A stretch of DNA of 64,000 nt from an uncultured Chloroflexia bacterium (GTDB lineage Bacteria; Chloroflexota; Dehalococcoidia; DSTF01; JALHUB01): contig CAVSBT010000043.1 of NCBI GenBank assembly GCA_963726245.1, forward strand, positions 1-64,000. Direction: 5' to 3'. Position numbers and translations under genes: made by a program. Below the pieces are notes generated by a model. It was not told the DNA's origin. It saw nothing but the letters and a program-made list of their open reading frames with translations, and made no database searches. Shown piece after piece: positions 1 through 10,251 of this stretch (its first letter is position 1; every line of letters begins with the position of its first letter).

Positions 1-7
1 TAGCCTA

Positions 8-36
8 TTGCCGCCGAACAAGCCCTGCGCTATACT
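8..36 (+). promoter_or_regulatory. sigma70-type promoter for dnaN
   Basis: TTGCCG-17 nt-TATACT upstream of ATG at 67. Confidence 0.6.
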
Positions 37-66
37 TCGGCCAAACCGATTAAGTGGGTGGTCGCC

Positions 67-1199
67 ATGAAGGTTTCTTGCCTGCAAGAGAACCTGTCCA
101 AGGGTCTCTCCATCGTGGGCCGGGCGGTGGCCGTCCGCAGCACCCTGCCCAGACCTCCCACGTCCTCATCGCCTCCGACGGCGGCCGCCTCAAGCTGGCC
201 GCCACCAACCTGGAGATCGCCATCACCTCCTGGATCGGCGCCAAGGTCGAGGAGGAGGGGGCGATCACCGTGCCCGCCCGCCTGCTGGTCGACTTCGTGA
301 ACTCGCTGCCCAACGAGCGCATCGAGATGACGCTGCCGCCCGCGCGCGCCAGCTGCGCATCGTCTGCGCCCGCAACGAGGCCACGCGTGGCCGGCATGGA
401 CGCCAACGACTTCCCGCCCATCCCCGCCATCGAGGACGGCGCTCGCTGAAGCTGGACCCGCTGAGCCTGCGCACGGCCATCAATCAGGTGGAGTTCGCCG
501 CCGCCACCGACGACACGCGGCCCGTCCTCACCGGCATCCACCTGCTCATGGAGGAGCTCCGAGCTGACGCTGGCCGCCGCCGACGGCTTCCGCCTGGCGG
601 TGCACAAGCTGCGCTCGGGCGAGAAGGTCGCCCAGCGCACGGAGGTCATCATCCCCGCCCGCGCCATGCGCGAGCTCAACCGCTTCCTGGCCGACGAGGA
701 AGAGCCCGTCGAGATGACCCTGAACGCCGCCCGGAGCCAGGTGCTCTTCCGGCTGAAGAACGTGGAGATGGTGGCCCAGCTCATCCAGGGCACCTTCCCC
801 AACTACAGCCAGCTCATCCCCCAGAGCTGCACCAGCCGCGCGGTGGTCGACGTGGCCGAGTTCCTGCGCGAGACGCGCATCGCCTCCATCTTCGCCCGCG
901 ACGGCAGCGGCATCGTCCGCCTCCAGGTCAACCCGGGCGAGGAGCTGGCGCCGGGCAAGCTGATCATCTCCGCCCGCGCCGAGGAGATCGGCGACAACCG
1001 GGGCGAGATCGACGCCGCGGTGGAGGGCGAGGCGGCGAAGATCGCCTTCAACAGCAAGTACCTCCAGGACGTGCTCCAGGTGCTGGACGGCGGCCAGGTG
1101 GCGCTGGAGACCACCAGCCCCTCCAGCCCCGGCGTCCTGCGAGCCCGTGGGCCGGACAACTACGTCCACGTGGTCATGCCCATGTTCGTCCAGTGGTGA
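67..1199 (+). CDS. dnaN: DNA polymerase III beta sliding clamp (several apparent sequencing frameshifts)
   Basis: MKVSCLQENLSKGL, LAATNLEIAI, FAAATDDTRPVLTG, QLIQGTFPNY and IAFNSKYL..VMPMFVQW pieces spread over three frames. Confidence 0.95.
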
Positions 1200-1338
1200 C
1201 CAAAGCTCCGTCATCAGCGGACTTGAGCGCGGGCACGACGCCTTCTATCAGAACTTGATCGCGTGACGCCTTGATCTGCACTTGCAGCGCTCGCAGTTGA
1301 CTGGAGAGCGAGACCGTGAGAGTTGTCGCTGTGTCAAG
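1174..1338 (-). pseudogene. probable C-terminal remnant of a site-specific (large serine) recombinase overlapping the dnaN 3' end
   Basis: Stop-to-stop frame without a start codon, reading ...LRALQVQIKASRDQVLIEGVVPALKSADDGALVTTGRTWA*; last codons are antisense to dnaN MPMFVQW. Resemblance to Chloroflexota recombinase tails is from memory. Confidence 0.5.
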
Positions 1339-1346
1339 CTACCCGG

Positions 1347-2385
1347 CTATGCCCGATCCTCTTGGACATCGCGAATCACCTCGTCCGCCTGCGGTGGGCC
1401 CAACTTGGCGAAGAAGGGAGAGAAGATAGGCGCAAGCTGAGTTCTGGTTCGCGGATTAACCTCGTAAGCCGGCTTCTGATTGACTTCCATCAGTGGCCGC
1501 CGATCCTTCGGAATCATGAAGTCGATTGGGGGGATCATCTGGGTGGCGGAAGACAAAACGGTGACTCGAAGAAGCGATCAGAGAATTGGTGAACGTGACG
1601 TTTTCCGCTCCAGGCACGAATGCCTTTTCCGGCATACCAGGAGGGAACATCATAATAATACATGGTGCCGGTCTAATGGAAAGTGGATTTTCCGCTCCCT
1701 GCAGGCCAACTCCTTTGAACGGCTCCCGCATCTCGGGTCGAGTGAAGAGGACGGGAAGGTGATCCCCTTGTTGCGAACGCCGGTCCTGGGCTGATACCGA
1801 GCCACCACGAACGCTCTCCCAGCAAGCGTGCAACTTCCAGCCCGACGGTCACCATCGACCTTAGGAATTCGTTGGGGTGCAGGACGAATCTAATCGATCA
1901 GGGTGTTGCGAGATATCCATGATGAGGGAGATTCTGTCCTCGGTTGGACTTGCACCTATCTCCACCAATCGCTCGCGGGCCCAGTCTGCGGGTCATCCTT
2001 TTCGTAGAACGCCTTCTCGATCGGCATCGACCATTTCCTCGTGACTCCGACGTTTCTCCGTTGTCCGCATGTACTGAAGCCCCATATGCGTCGCCAGAAC
2101 TCCACGATCAGGTTGGGTGGAGGCCATGACCGCGCGGAGCACACCTGTCGAATCACCCTGGCGCTGGCGTCTTCGACTTTATTCAGCTCGTGCTCAGGAT
2201 CATCGGTATCCGGCTCCAGCGAGATCGAGCTTGTAGAAACCTGTCCGCACGGCGGCATGTTTTGCCGGGGTTATGATCGGCGGCAACTGCGAGTGTGGCC
2301 GATATACACGTAGGCGCTCCTGCTCATCAGCGAAGCGGCGAAGGTAGAAACGAGGGACGTAATGGTGGCGTTTGGTCACAGACAT
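1347..2385 (-). CDS. DUF4238 domain protein (multiple frameshifts)
   Basis: N-terminus KRHHYVPRFYLRRFA..., followed by GFY, EHELNKVED and NSLIASSSHRFVF segments; lower GC than flanks. Confidence 0.75.
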
Positions 2386-2654
2386 TTCAGTAGAGAGGGA
2401 CATCCTTGCTAGAGTTGGCGTTAGCTTCTCGCCGCAGTCGACTCGTCGGCCGCATCACAGGCCGATCGAGCCAACGTGCTTGCCACCGTGACTTGGCTGC
2501 CAACGAGGTGTAGGCCGCCTGCTTCCAGTTGGGGTGTGGCAAGCCGTGACCGACGGGCAGCCTGGTCCCCGGGCCCCAGCCCCTATTGATAGCGCCGGCG
2601 ACTGAAGGCAACGTCATTCGCACGGCCGGATCGTACCACCGTCGGGTGGCAGTA

Positions 2655-2713
2655 CCTGGGCGGAGGGCAGCGACCTCATGCGGCGCTACCACGACGAAGA
2701 GTGGGGCGTGCCG
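2655..2713 (+). repeat. 59-bp copy of the tag 5' region (direct repeat with 3519-3577)
   Basis: 57/59 identical; both differences are synonymous in the tag frame. Confidence 0.95.
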
Positions 2714-3486
2714 ACGCTTCTTCTTGCCGCAATCGTCCTCGGCGTCCTCTTCCTGGCCGGCTGCAGCGGCTCGGCTGGGCCGACCTGCGGCACCGGAGCC
2801 TGCACCCGCGTCCTCTTTCTGGGCAATAGCTTCACGTACGTCAACGACCTGCCGTCGACATTCGCCCAGCTAGCCGAGTCGGCCGGGCGTCCGGTCCAGG
2901 TGGCGATGGTCGCCGGCGGCGGCGAGACGCTGGCCCAGCACGCGGCCTCGTCCGACTCTCTCGACAAGATCGCGTCGCAGGGCTGGACGTACGTGGTCCT
3001 CCAGGAGCAGAGCGCAGACACCCACCACGGCCAGCGGGCGGGACGATTACACGTACCCTGCCGCCAGCGCGCTCGCCGAGCAGAGCCGAGGCGGCCGGGG
3101 CGGTGCCGCTGCTCTTCATGACATGGGCCCACAAGGACGGTTTTCCGCCGTCCGGCTTGTCTACGTACGAGGCCATGCAGCAGCAGATTGACGACGCGTA
3201 CCTACACATCGCCGATGAGCTCATTGTGCCCGTGGCCCCGGTCGGGTTCACCTGGTACCAGGTCCGTCAGGATCACCCTGAGATAGACCTGTGGCAAGAC
3301 GATGGCAGTCACCCCAGTCGGGCCGGCACGTATCTGGCCGCCTGCGTCCTCTACGCCTCCATCTTCCACGAGAGCCCTGAAGGACTTAGCTTCCACGGCG
3401 GCATATCCGACGAGCAGGCGCGTGCCCTCCAGGCGGAGGCTAATGACAACGTCCGGAAGCTACACACGCAGTGGGGCCTGAGATAG
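2678..3486 (+). CDS. SGNH/GDSL hydrolase lipoprotein, DUF4886-like (frameshift near 3030-3100)
   Basis: Lipobox LAGC; RVLFLGNSFT, YVVLQEQS and DGSHP motifs. Confidence 0.85.
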
Positions 3487-3499
3487 CGAGCGGCCGAGA

Positions 3500-4067
3500 A
3501 TGACCCCCCAACGCTGTGCCTGGGCAGAGGGCAGCGACCTCATGCGTCGCTACCACGACGAAGAGTGGGGCGTGCCGCTGCATGACGACCGCGCCCTCTT
3601 CGAGCTCCTGATCCTGGAAGGCGCGCAGGCCGGCCTCATGTGGGAGATGATCCTCAAGAAGCGGGACGGCTACCGGGCGGCCTTCGACGGCTTCCGGCCC
3701 GATCTGGTGGCTGCGCTACGACGAGAGGAAGGTAGAAGCCCTGCTGGCCGACCCGGGCATCGTCCGCAACAGGCTGAAGATAGCGGCTGCCATCGGCAAC
3801 GCCCGCGCGCTGCCGGCCGTTGTAGAGGAGTTCGGGAGCTTCGACGCCTACGTCTGGGGCTTCGTGGGAGGCAAGCCGAAGAGGAACCAGTGGCGGTCGC
3901 TCCAGGAGATCCCGTCCCGCACGGCGGAGTCCGACGCCATGAGCAAGGACATGAAGCGCCGCGGCTTCCGGTTCGTGGGCTCCACGATCTGCTACGCCTT
4001 CATGCAGTCGGCAGGGCTGGTCAACGACCACACGGTGGACTGCTTCCGTTACCGCGAGTTAGGCTGA
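3500..4067 (+). CDS. tag: DNA-3-methyladenine glycosylase I (frameshift near 3715)
   Basis: RCAWA..YHDEEWG, LFELLILEGAQAGL, GFRFVGSTICYAFMQSAGLVNDH..C. Confidence 0.95.
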
Positions 4068-4195
4068 CCGGCCTCTGTTGCGAAGAGAGTTGGGACAGGA
4101 ATCGTCCCCGAAGCGTGCGGGGACGGGGATGATCCGACTGGGCCTGGTCCGTGGGCCAGGCCGAGATGATGAGGCTTGGGTCTGGAGCGCGACCG

Positions 4196-4639
4196 CTAGG
4201 CCGCGCTCTCGTCCCTGAACATCAAGAGGCCGCCCACAGCAAGCGCCGCCGCCGAGAGGATGCCCAGGTACAGGCCATACGTCGTGAAGTCGTGATTGCC
4301 CAGGTACTTGATCAACAGAAACACCAGGGCAAGCACGCCGGCGCCCGCGTGAATCTTGGGCCAGGTGATGCCTCCGATGTTGTCCGGAACAGCCACCGTC
4401 CCCAGGTTCTTCACGACGATGACGGCCGCCATCGCCAGACCGATGAGAATCGCCAGGATGGACCAGAACGACCCGAAGTCACTCCACGCGTTCCTACTGG
4501 CGCTGACGCTGAAGCCCCCATAGCTGGCGCTAGCGCTGTACCAGGGCAGGAACCCGACTATGAACAGCACCACACCCGCTGGAAGGATAATCTTCTCCCC
4601 TATGCTCAGGGCGTTGAACTTCTCAATCCATTTCTCCAC
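4196..4639 (-). CDS. hypothetical 4-TM membrane protein
   Basis: GGAGGAGG RBS, four hydrophobic helices, FLPWY motif. Confidence 0.8.
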   Translation of the reverse strand: MEKWIEKFNALSIGEKIILPAGVVLFIVGFLPWYSASASYGGFSVSASRNAWSDFGSFWSILAILIGLAMAAVIVVKNLGTVAVPDNIGGITWPKIHAGAGVLALVFLLIKYLGNHDFTTYGLYLGILSAAALAVGGLLMFRDESAA

Positions 4640-4733
4640 GCGGACCTCCTCCTGAAGTCAGCAAGATCACCCCGAATCCGGCGTCACCAGTTGACGGCGG
4701 CGGGGTACCTCCGGCCATCGCTTGGCTGTGACA

Positions 4734-4762
4734 AAAGTAGTGATTGCCGGCCAAGATGTCAA
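4734..4762 (-). promoter_or_regulatory. sigma70 promoter
   Basis: Minus strand TTGACA-17 nt-TACTTT upstream of the 4196-4639 gene. Confidence 0.65.
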
Positions 4763-4802
4763 TTGGCAATTTCCTCAATATTGCGCCGGAGTGACGGTCG
4801 GC

Positions 4803-6137
4803 CTACCGCCGCACCCGCACCGTGTCCGCGTTCACGGTGTCCGGGAGGCGGTAGCCCCGGAAGCTGAGCATGGCTATGAAGACGGCCACGCCGGCCACCG
4901 GCCCGACCAGCCGTATACCCCAAGGGTCATCGGCGGTGCCGCCCAGCAGCAGGAGCAGCGCCAGGATGGCCGGGAAAAGCGCCGACGCCAGCTTCTCCAG
5001 GGTGGCGTGGATGCCGTAGTACATGGCCTCCCGCCGCATACCCGTGCGCAGCTCGTCGTAGTCGATGATGTCGGCCATGAGGGCGTTGGGGAAGGTGAAC
5101 ACCGCCGCCATGGGCACGCCCAGGAACGGGACGAAAAGGAAGGCCTGCGCCACCTTGGGGATGACCGGGATGAAACCCATGAAGAACATCGTCGGCAGGT
5201 AGAGGGCGCCCAGGAGCATGGCCGTCCCGTACACCCACGCCTTCCCCTTCCGAAGCGACAGCCGGTAGACGAAGGGCAGCGCCGCCAGCACCACGACGAT
5301 GGCCGAGGCGGTGAGGGCTGAGACGTAGAACCCTTCGTGCTGCTGGCCCAGCACCTGCGTCACGTAGAAGGGGAGCGCCGCCAGGAGCAGCGACACCCCC
5401 ATGTTGAAGAAGACGTGAGTGGGGAGGAAGTAGAGGAACTGGTCGTTGGTGAAGGTGGTGCGGAGGGCCTGTCGCAGGTCCAGGCGGGCGGGCGGTTGCT
5501 GCACGCGCACCCGTCGCCAGGCGCCTCCCAGCGCCAGGTAGCGTGAGCCCAGGGCCAGAACCGCCATCATCGCAGCCATCGCCTGAAAGCCCCACAGCTC
5601 CTTGATGACGCCGCTGCCTACCAGGGCAATGGCCGCCCCGACGGTGCCGAAGAAGACCTGCCAGGTCACGACGCCCACCCGGTCCTTCGAGGTGACGGCG
5701 ATCTCAGGCAGGAGCGACTCGAAGGGGCCGCCGGAGAGAGTGCTGAACAGGTAGAAGCCCTGCAGCATCGCGAACAGGTAGACGGCGTTGGCGATGCTCT
5801 CGTGACCGTTGGGAGGCGTCCAGAGAAGGGCGAAGAACAGGACCCAGAAAGGCGTGGCGAAGAGGACAAACGGGATGCGCCGGCCCCATCGGCTGGTGGT
5901 GCGGTCGCTCCAGTAGCCGATGAGAGGGTCATCGAGCGACTCGAGGATGCGGGTCACGGTGAGGATGACGCCGACGGCGACGACGGAGACGCGTCGGGCG
6001 ACGTCCGTTTCCCCCTGTGGCGGCGCGAAGAAGAAGATGAGCCAGAGGTCCGTCGTGCGGGAGATGACGTTGCCCGCGAAGGAGCCCGAGGCGTAGAGGA
6101 GCATGTTGCGGCGGGGTAGTTCAGCAGCGGCGGCCAT
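4803..6137 (-). CDS. MFS transporter, GPH/MelB family
   Basis: DDPLIGYWSDRTTSRWGRRIPF and ADIIDYDELRTGMRREAMYYG; about 12 TM helices. Confidence 0.9.
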   Translation of the reverse strand: MAAAAELPRRNMLLYASGSFAGNVISRTTDLWLIFFFAPPQGETDVARRVSVVAVGVILTVTRILESLDDPLIGYWSDRTTSRWGRRIPFVLFATPFWVLFFALLWTPPNGHESIANAVYLFAMLQGFYLFSTLSGGPFESLLPEIAVTSKDRVGVVTWQVFFGTVGAAIALVGSGVIKELWGFQAMAAMMAVLALGSRYLALGGAWRRVRVQQPPARLDLRQALRTTFTNDQFLYFLPTHVFFNMGVSLLLAALPFYVTQVLGQQHEGFYVSALTASAIVVVLAALPFVYRLSLRKGKAWVYGTAMLLGALYLPTMFFMGFIPVIPKVAQAFLFVPFLGVPMAAVFTFPNALMADIIDYDELRTGMRREAMYYGIHATLEKLASALFPAILALLLLLGGTADDPWGIRLVGPVAGVAVFIAMLSFRGYRLPDTVNADTVRVRR

Positions 6138-6322
6138 GTCGCACTCCCGCGCCAGAGTAGCAAATCGGCGGGTCGCCGACGAGAGGCGCCGGGAAGGCCG
6201 CCCGGCGCCGCCGCCAGACCGGGCCGCCCGACCCGGAGCAGGGGCTATGCTTCAGCGGGTGCCGAGTTCATAATGGATAGTGGTAGCCGGTTGACCAGTC
6301 ATGGTTGGGGAGGAGGAAGGCT

Positions 6323-7340
6323 ATGCCCTGGGAAGACCTAGAGCCGATCTTCCGTCCGAAGACCGTCCACATGGGCGTGATGAGGGTGGACCCGGAGAGG
6401 TGCACGCGGCCTCGCGGCTCGAAGTGCCAGTACTGCTGGGACAACTGCCCGTTTCGAGCCTGGGAGCTGCAGGAGGGCGAGGCCCCGAGCCTGAAGGAAG
6501 GGTACGAGTGCTTTAGCTGCTACAACTGCATGGTGGCCTGCCCGACGGAAGGCCATCTCCGTCGTCGAGGCCTACCACGTCGATGAGGGCTTCTACAAGA
6601 CGGAGCCGCATCCTCTGCCGGCCAGGACGCCGCTCGAGCCCATGGACGCCGAGGGCAACCCCGACCGGTGGAACGAGATCGAGAAGGCCGTGCTCTACCG
6701 GCGCAGCGTCCGCAACTTCAAGGAGAAGCCGGTGCCCGAGACGCTCATTCGGCGCGTGTTGGAGGCGGGACGCTTCGCGCCCAGCGCCGGCAACTGTCAG
6801 CCCTGGCGGTTCATCGTCGTCACCGACCGGGCCCTGATCCACGAGATGGACGAAGCCATCTACGCCGGCCTGTCTATGCTCTACAACCTGTACAAGAACG
6901 ACGAAATGGTGAAGAACCTTGCCGTCGCCTACGAGGCCGACCCAACGCCGGGGGTCTACGACCCTCGCATCGTCCTGGGAGGGCTGGGCAGCGTCGCCAG
7001 GAGGAGCGGGCCCGTGTTCCTCAACTCTTCGGCGGTGATCCTCATCGCCGGCGACGAGCGCGCCATCAGCGGCCCCGAGATCAACATTGGCATCTGCGGA
7101 CAGAACATGAACCTCGTGGCCAACTCCCTGGGCATAAAGTCCTGCTGGGTCGGCTTCAGCCAGGTGATCAACCTCCTGCCCCCTCTGAAGGAGAAGCTGG
7201 GGATAGAGTATCCCTGGAAGGTCGTCAGTTCCCTCGTTCTGGGATACCCCCGGTTCAAGCAGGAGGGCATCGTGCCCCGCGAGTTCCGGCCCGTCGCCTG
7301 GTTCCGCGACGGAGCCGGCGGCCCCGAGGTGGAGGAGTAG
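6323..7340 (+). CDS. 4Fe-4S ferredoxin-nitroreductase fusion (frameshift near 6550)
   Basis: C..CQYCWDNCP and CFSCYNCMVACP, then RRSVRNF..APSAGNCQPWRF..GIKSCWVG. Confidence 0.9.
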
Positions 7341-7341
7341 G

Positions 7342-8016
7342 CTATCCCCCTTCTATCCGGCCGTCCAGCATCTTGACGAGGCGATCGGCGCTGCCCGCGA
7401 TACCGAGATCGTGGGTGACCATGATGATGGTGAGGCCATGCTCATGATGGATGCCCTCCAGGGCCTCCATCACGTTACGGCCGGCCTTCGAGTCGAGGTT
7501 GCCGGTCGGTTCGTCGGCGAGCAGGATGGGCGGGTCGTTGCTCATAGACCGGGCGATGGCCACGCGCTGGCGCTCGCCGCCCGACAGCTCCGGAGGCCGC
7601 CGCCGGGCCTTGTCCGCCAGCCCCACCAGCTCGAGGAGTTGGAGCGCTCTCTGGCGTCGCTCCCGCATGCCCCGGCCCGTCTCGTACATGGGCACCTCCA
7701 CGTTCTCGACCGCCGTCAGGGTGGGAAGCAGGTTGTGGAGCTGGAAGACCAGCCCCACGGTGCGGGCGCGGTAGCGGCTCAGGTCATGGCGGCTGGTGAT
7801 CTCCTCGCCCAGGACCACGATGCGGCCGGAGTCGGGTCGCTCCAGGGCGGCGATGAGGTGGAGTAGGGTCGACTTGCCGCATCCCGAGGGACCCGTGACG
7901 GCCACGAACTCCCCCTGCGCCACGCTGAGGGTTGCGCCGTCCACAGCCCGAGTCCTCCCATCATCGAAGGTCTTCACCAGGTCGATGACTTCAACCGCGG
8001 GCGGCTTCTCACTCAT
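7342..8016 (-). CDS. ABC transporter ATP-binding protein (LolD/MacB-like)
   Basis: GPSGCGKS, LSGGERQR, LLADEPTGNLD. Confidence 0.95.
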   Translation of the reverse strand: MSEKPPAVEVIDLVKTFDDGRTRAVDGATLSVAQGEFVAVTGPSGCGKSTLLHLIAALERPDSGRIVVLGEEITSRHDLSRYRARTVGLVFQLHNLLPTLTAVENVEVPMYETGRGMRERRQRALQLLELVGLADKARRRPPELSGGERQRVAIARSMSNDPPILLADEPTGNLDSKAGRNVMEALEGIHHEHGLTIIMVTHDLGIAGSADRLVKMLDGRIEGG

Positions 8017-9130
8017 GGCGGATAGCCTCGGCCGGCAAGAGGCGCGCCGCTCGATAAGCGGGGTAGATCGCTCCCAGCACGGCCACGCCCGCGCCGACCA
8101 GGATGCCCCGTATGAAGACCCCCGGCGTGTACTCGGGCGAGAGGAAGGCGCGGATTGCGGGCAGGAGGACGATGAAGTGGGTCAGCAAGACCGCCAGCGC
8201 TGACCCGAGCACGGCGGCGATCAAGCAGAGCAGAAGCGCCTCCCCCACTATCATCTGCAGGATGCGGCGCGTCCGCCAGCCCACGGCCCGCAGGATGCCG
8301 ATCTCCCGCGTCCTCTCGAAGACGGCCATGACCATCGTGTTCATGACGGCGATGCCGCCGATGAAGACGGCCAGGAGGGTGATGCCCAGGTTGATGGCAT
8401 CGAAGATCTTGAGGCCCTGGTCCACGTTTCCGGAGACGTCCGCTCAGGCCGCGCAGCGTGGCCAGGTCCGGGTGGTCGGCCTCGATGCGCGCCGTAAGAG
8501 CCGCCACGTCGGTGCCGGGCTTCACCTTCACGTAGAGGAGAGTGTAGAGGCCCTCCTTGCGCTCGGACGCCCACACGGTGGAGATGGGGAGCACGCCGCC
8601 GCCGTCCAGGTAGACCGTGCCCGTCCGGTAGATACCGACCACGTTCAGAGTTTGGTCTCGAATCTCCACCTGTTCTCCCACCCGGGCGCTCCAGTTGGCT
8701 TGGCCGCCTCGGTGCCGAGCATGATCTCGTCCCGGGTGCCCGGCGCGAGCCGCTGTCCCTCGACGATGGGTAGGTCGAAGAAGGCCAGGTCATTGGGATC
8801 GATGCCCACCTGAGCGAAGTAGGGGTTGGAGCCCACCTTGCTGAAGGCCAGGAGAACCCCGCTGGCGTGTGCAACCTCGGGGTAGTTCTCGACCTTCTGC
8901 AGGTCGGCGGCCGTAAGGGTGCTGAAGGTGAGGTCGGAGCTACCGTTGCGCCCTATGGCGAAATCGCTACCGCCGGCCCGCAGTAGTTCTAAGGTCGTAG
9001 TCTTGGTGCTGCTGGTGATGATGCCCATAGCCACCACGGCCGTGATCCCGATGCTGATGCCCAGGACCGTGAGGCCGGTGCGGATCTTCTGGCGGATCAG
9101 GTTTCGGAAGATGAGCAGGGCGAAAGGCAT
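8009..9130 (-). CDS. ABC transporter permease, FtsX/MacB family (frameshifts)
   Basis: RNLIRQKIRTGLTVLGISIG and MNTMVMAVFERTREIGILRAVGW. Confidence 0.9.
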
Positions 9131-9290
9131 GGCGGCACCCCCGGGGTTAGACATCGGTCGGCGCCCATTCTAGCTCCTGGGGTGCCATGTTCGTCCAGTA
9201 GGGATTTCCCTTGCGACGTGGTGTGGCGCTTAACACAAGGCGGCTGTGCCCAGGCGGTTGGCCCTACCCGAGGGCCACGTACAATCACCG

Positions 9291-9635
9291 TCAGCCGCAG
9301 CCTAGAACCAGGAGGAAGTTCTCTAATCCCCAGGTGTGCTCCTCGTTGTCGTCGTATTGGAGGTCCCGCTCAACCGTCAGAGTGAAATAGCCGGGAGCCG
9401 AAACCTCGAACGTCACCGGCCCGGGGGCGGGCTGGGGGCTGGTAACGCCGTCGAAGCTGTAGAGGCCGCCCTGTCCAGTGGTCACTGTGCCGGCGTTGCC
9501 CACGGAATCGTGAAAGGTGATGGTCGCCCCTTCTATGGGCTGGCCGGTTACGGCGTCGGTGACCTGTCCCGAGATACAGCCTGCCAGCGCCAGAACAAGG
9601 GCGCAGTAGGCAAGTGCCGCGATGCTTCTGAGCAT
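9291..9635 (-). CDS. lipoprotein with carboxypeptidase regulatory-like domain
   Basis: LAGC lipobox; ISGQVTDAVTGQPIEGATI..G.YSF..VSAPGY. Confidence 0.8.
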   Translation of the reverse strand: MLRSIAALAYCALVLALAGCISGQVTDAVTGQPIEGATITFHDSVGNAGTVTTGQGGLYSFDGVTSPQPAPGPVTFEVSAPGYFTLTVERDLQYDDNEEHTWGLENFLLVLGCG

Positions 9636-9772
9636 TCGCCTTCCCCTCAGCTATTGATGACCTACAGTCTTCCACGTTGGGCTGACTGCAGGCGCCGCGA
9701 ACACTGATTCAGGTACCGAGAACGTACCGATGCCTGTCTGTAGCGTCAAGCGCAGTCGCACTCCGGCGCCGC

Positions 9773-9819
9773 TTGACAAGGCTGCGGGCCCAAAGTAGCA
9801 TATTAATGAAACATGATGC
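9773..9819 (+). promoter_or_regulatory. sigma70 promoter with probable ArsR operator
   Basis: TTGACA-17 nt-TAGCAT followed by an AT-rich imperfect inverted repeat ATATTAATGAAACATGATG. Confidence 0.65.
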
Positions 9820-10214
9820 AAGGAGCCCACCCGCCTATGTCTAGTCGTCTCATCGAAGCCAGGCCGGCTTCACGGGTCTCCACCGCGGACTTGGGGGCGC
9901 TCCTGCGAGCGCTGGGCGATGAGACCCGCCTCCGCATCTTTGCTCTGCTGACCAAGGCTGAGCTGTGCGTCTGCGAGATCGAGGACATGCTGGACCTCTC
10001 CCAGAGTCTGGTTTCCAATCACCTGGCGGTGCTGCGACGCGCTGGCCTGGTCGAGAGGCGGCGGGATGCTGAGGACGGGCGCTGGATCTTCTACCGCGCT
10101 AACCCGATGGCGGCCTCTGCGCTCCGCGAACGGCTGGGCGCGCTGCTCGACGTGCAGACGGCGCCGGGCGACCGGCGGCGGGCAGAGCAGGTGTGCCGGA
10201 TTCGGGGAGGATAG
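9813..10214 (+). CDS. arsR: ArsR/SmtB transcriptional repressor
   Basis: ALGDETRLRI, ELCVCE, SQSLVSNHLAVLRRAGLV. Confidence 0.92.
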   Translation: MMQGAHPPMSSRLIEARPASRVSTADLGALLRALGDETRLRIFALLTKAELCVCEIEDMLDLSQSLVSNHLAVLRRAGLVERRRDAEDGRWIFYRANPMAASALRERLGALLDVQTAPGDRRRAEQVCRIRGG

Positions 10215-10251
10215 GCTTTTTTCTTGGCGCATTGCATCACCACGAGATGAT

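Larger units (their letters stand above)
1180..9199. mobile_element. putative degenerate genomic island integrated at the dnaN 3' end
   Basis: Exact 15-bp direct repeat CCATGTTCGTCCAGT at 1180-1194 (dnaN end) and 9185-9199 (intergenic); recombinase-like remnant and lower-GC DUF4238 gene at the left end. Confidence 0.55.
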
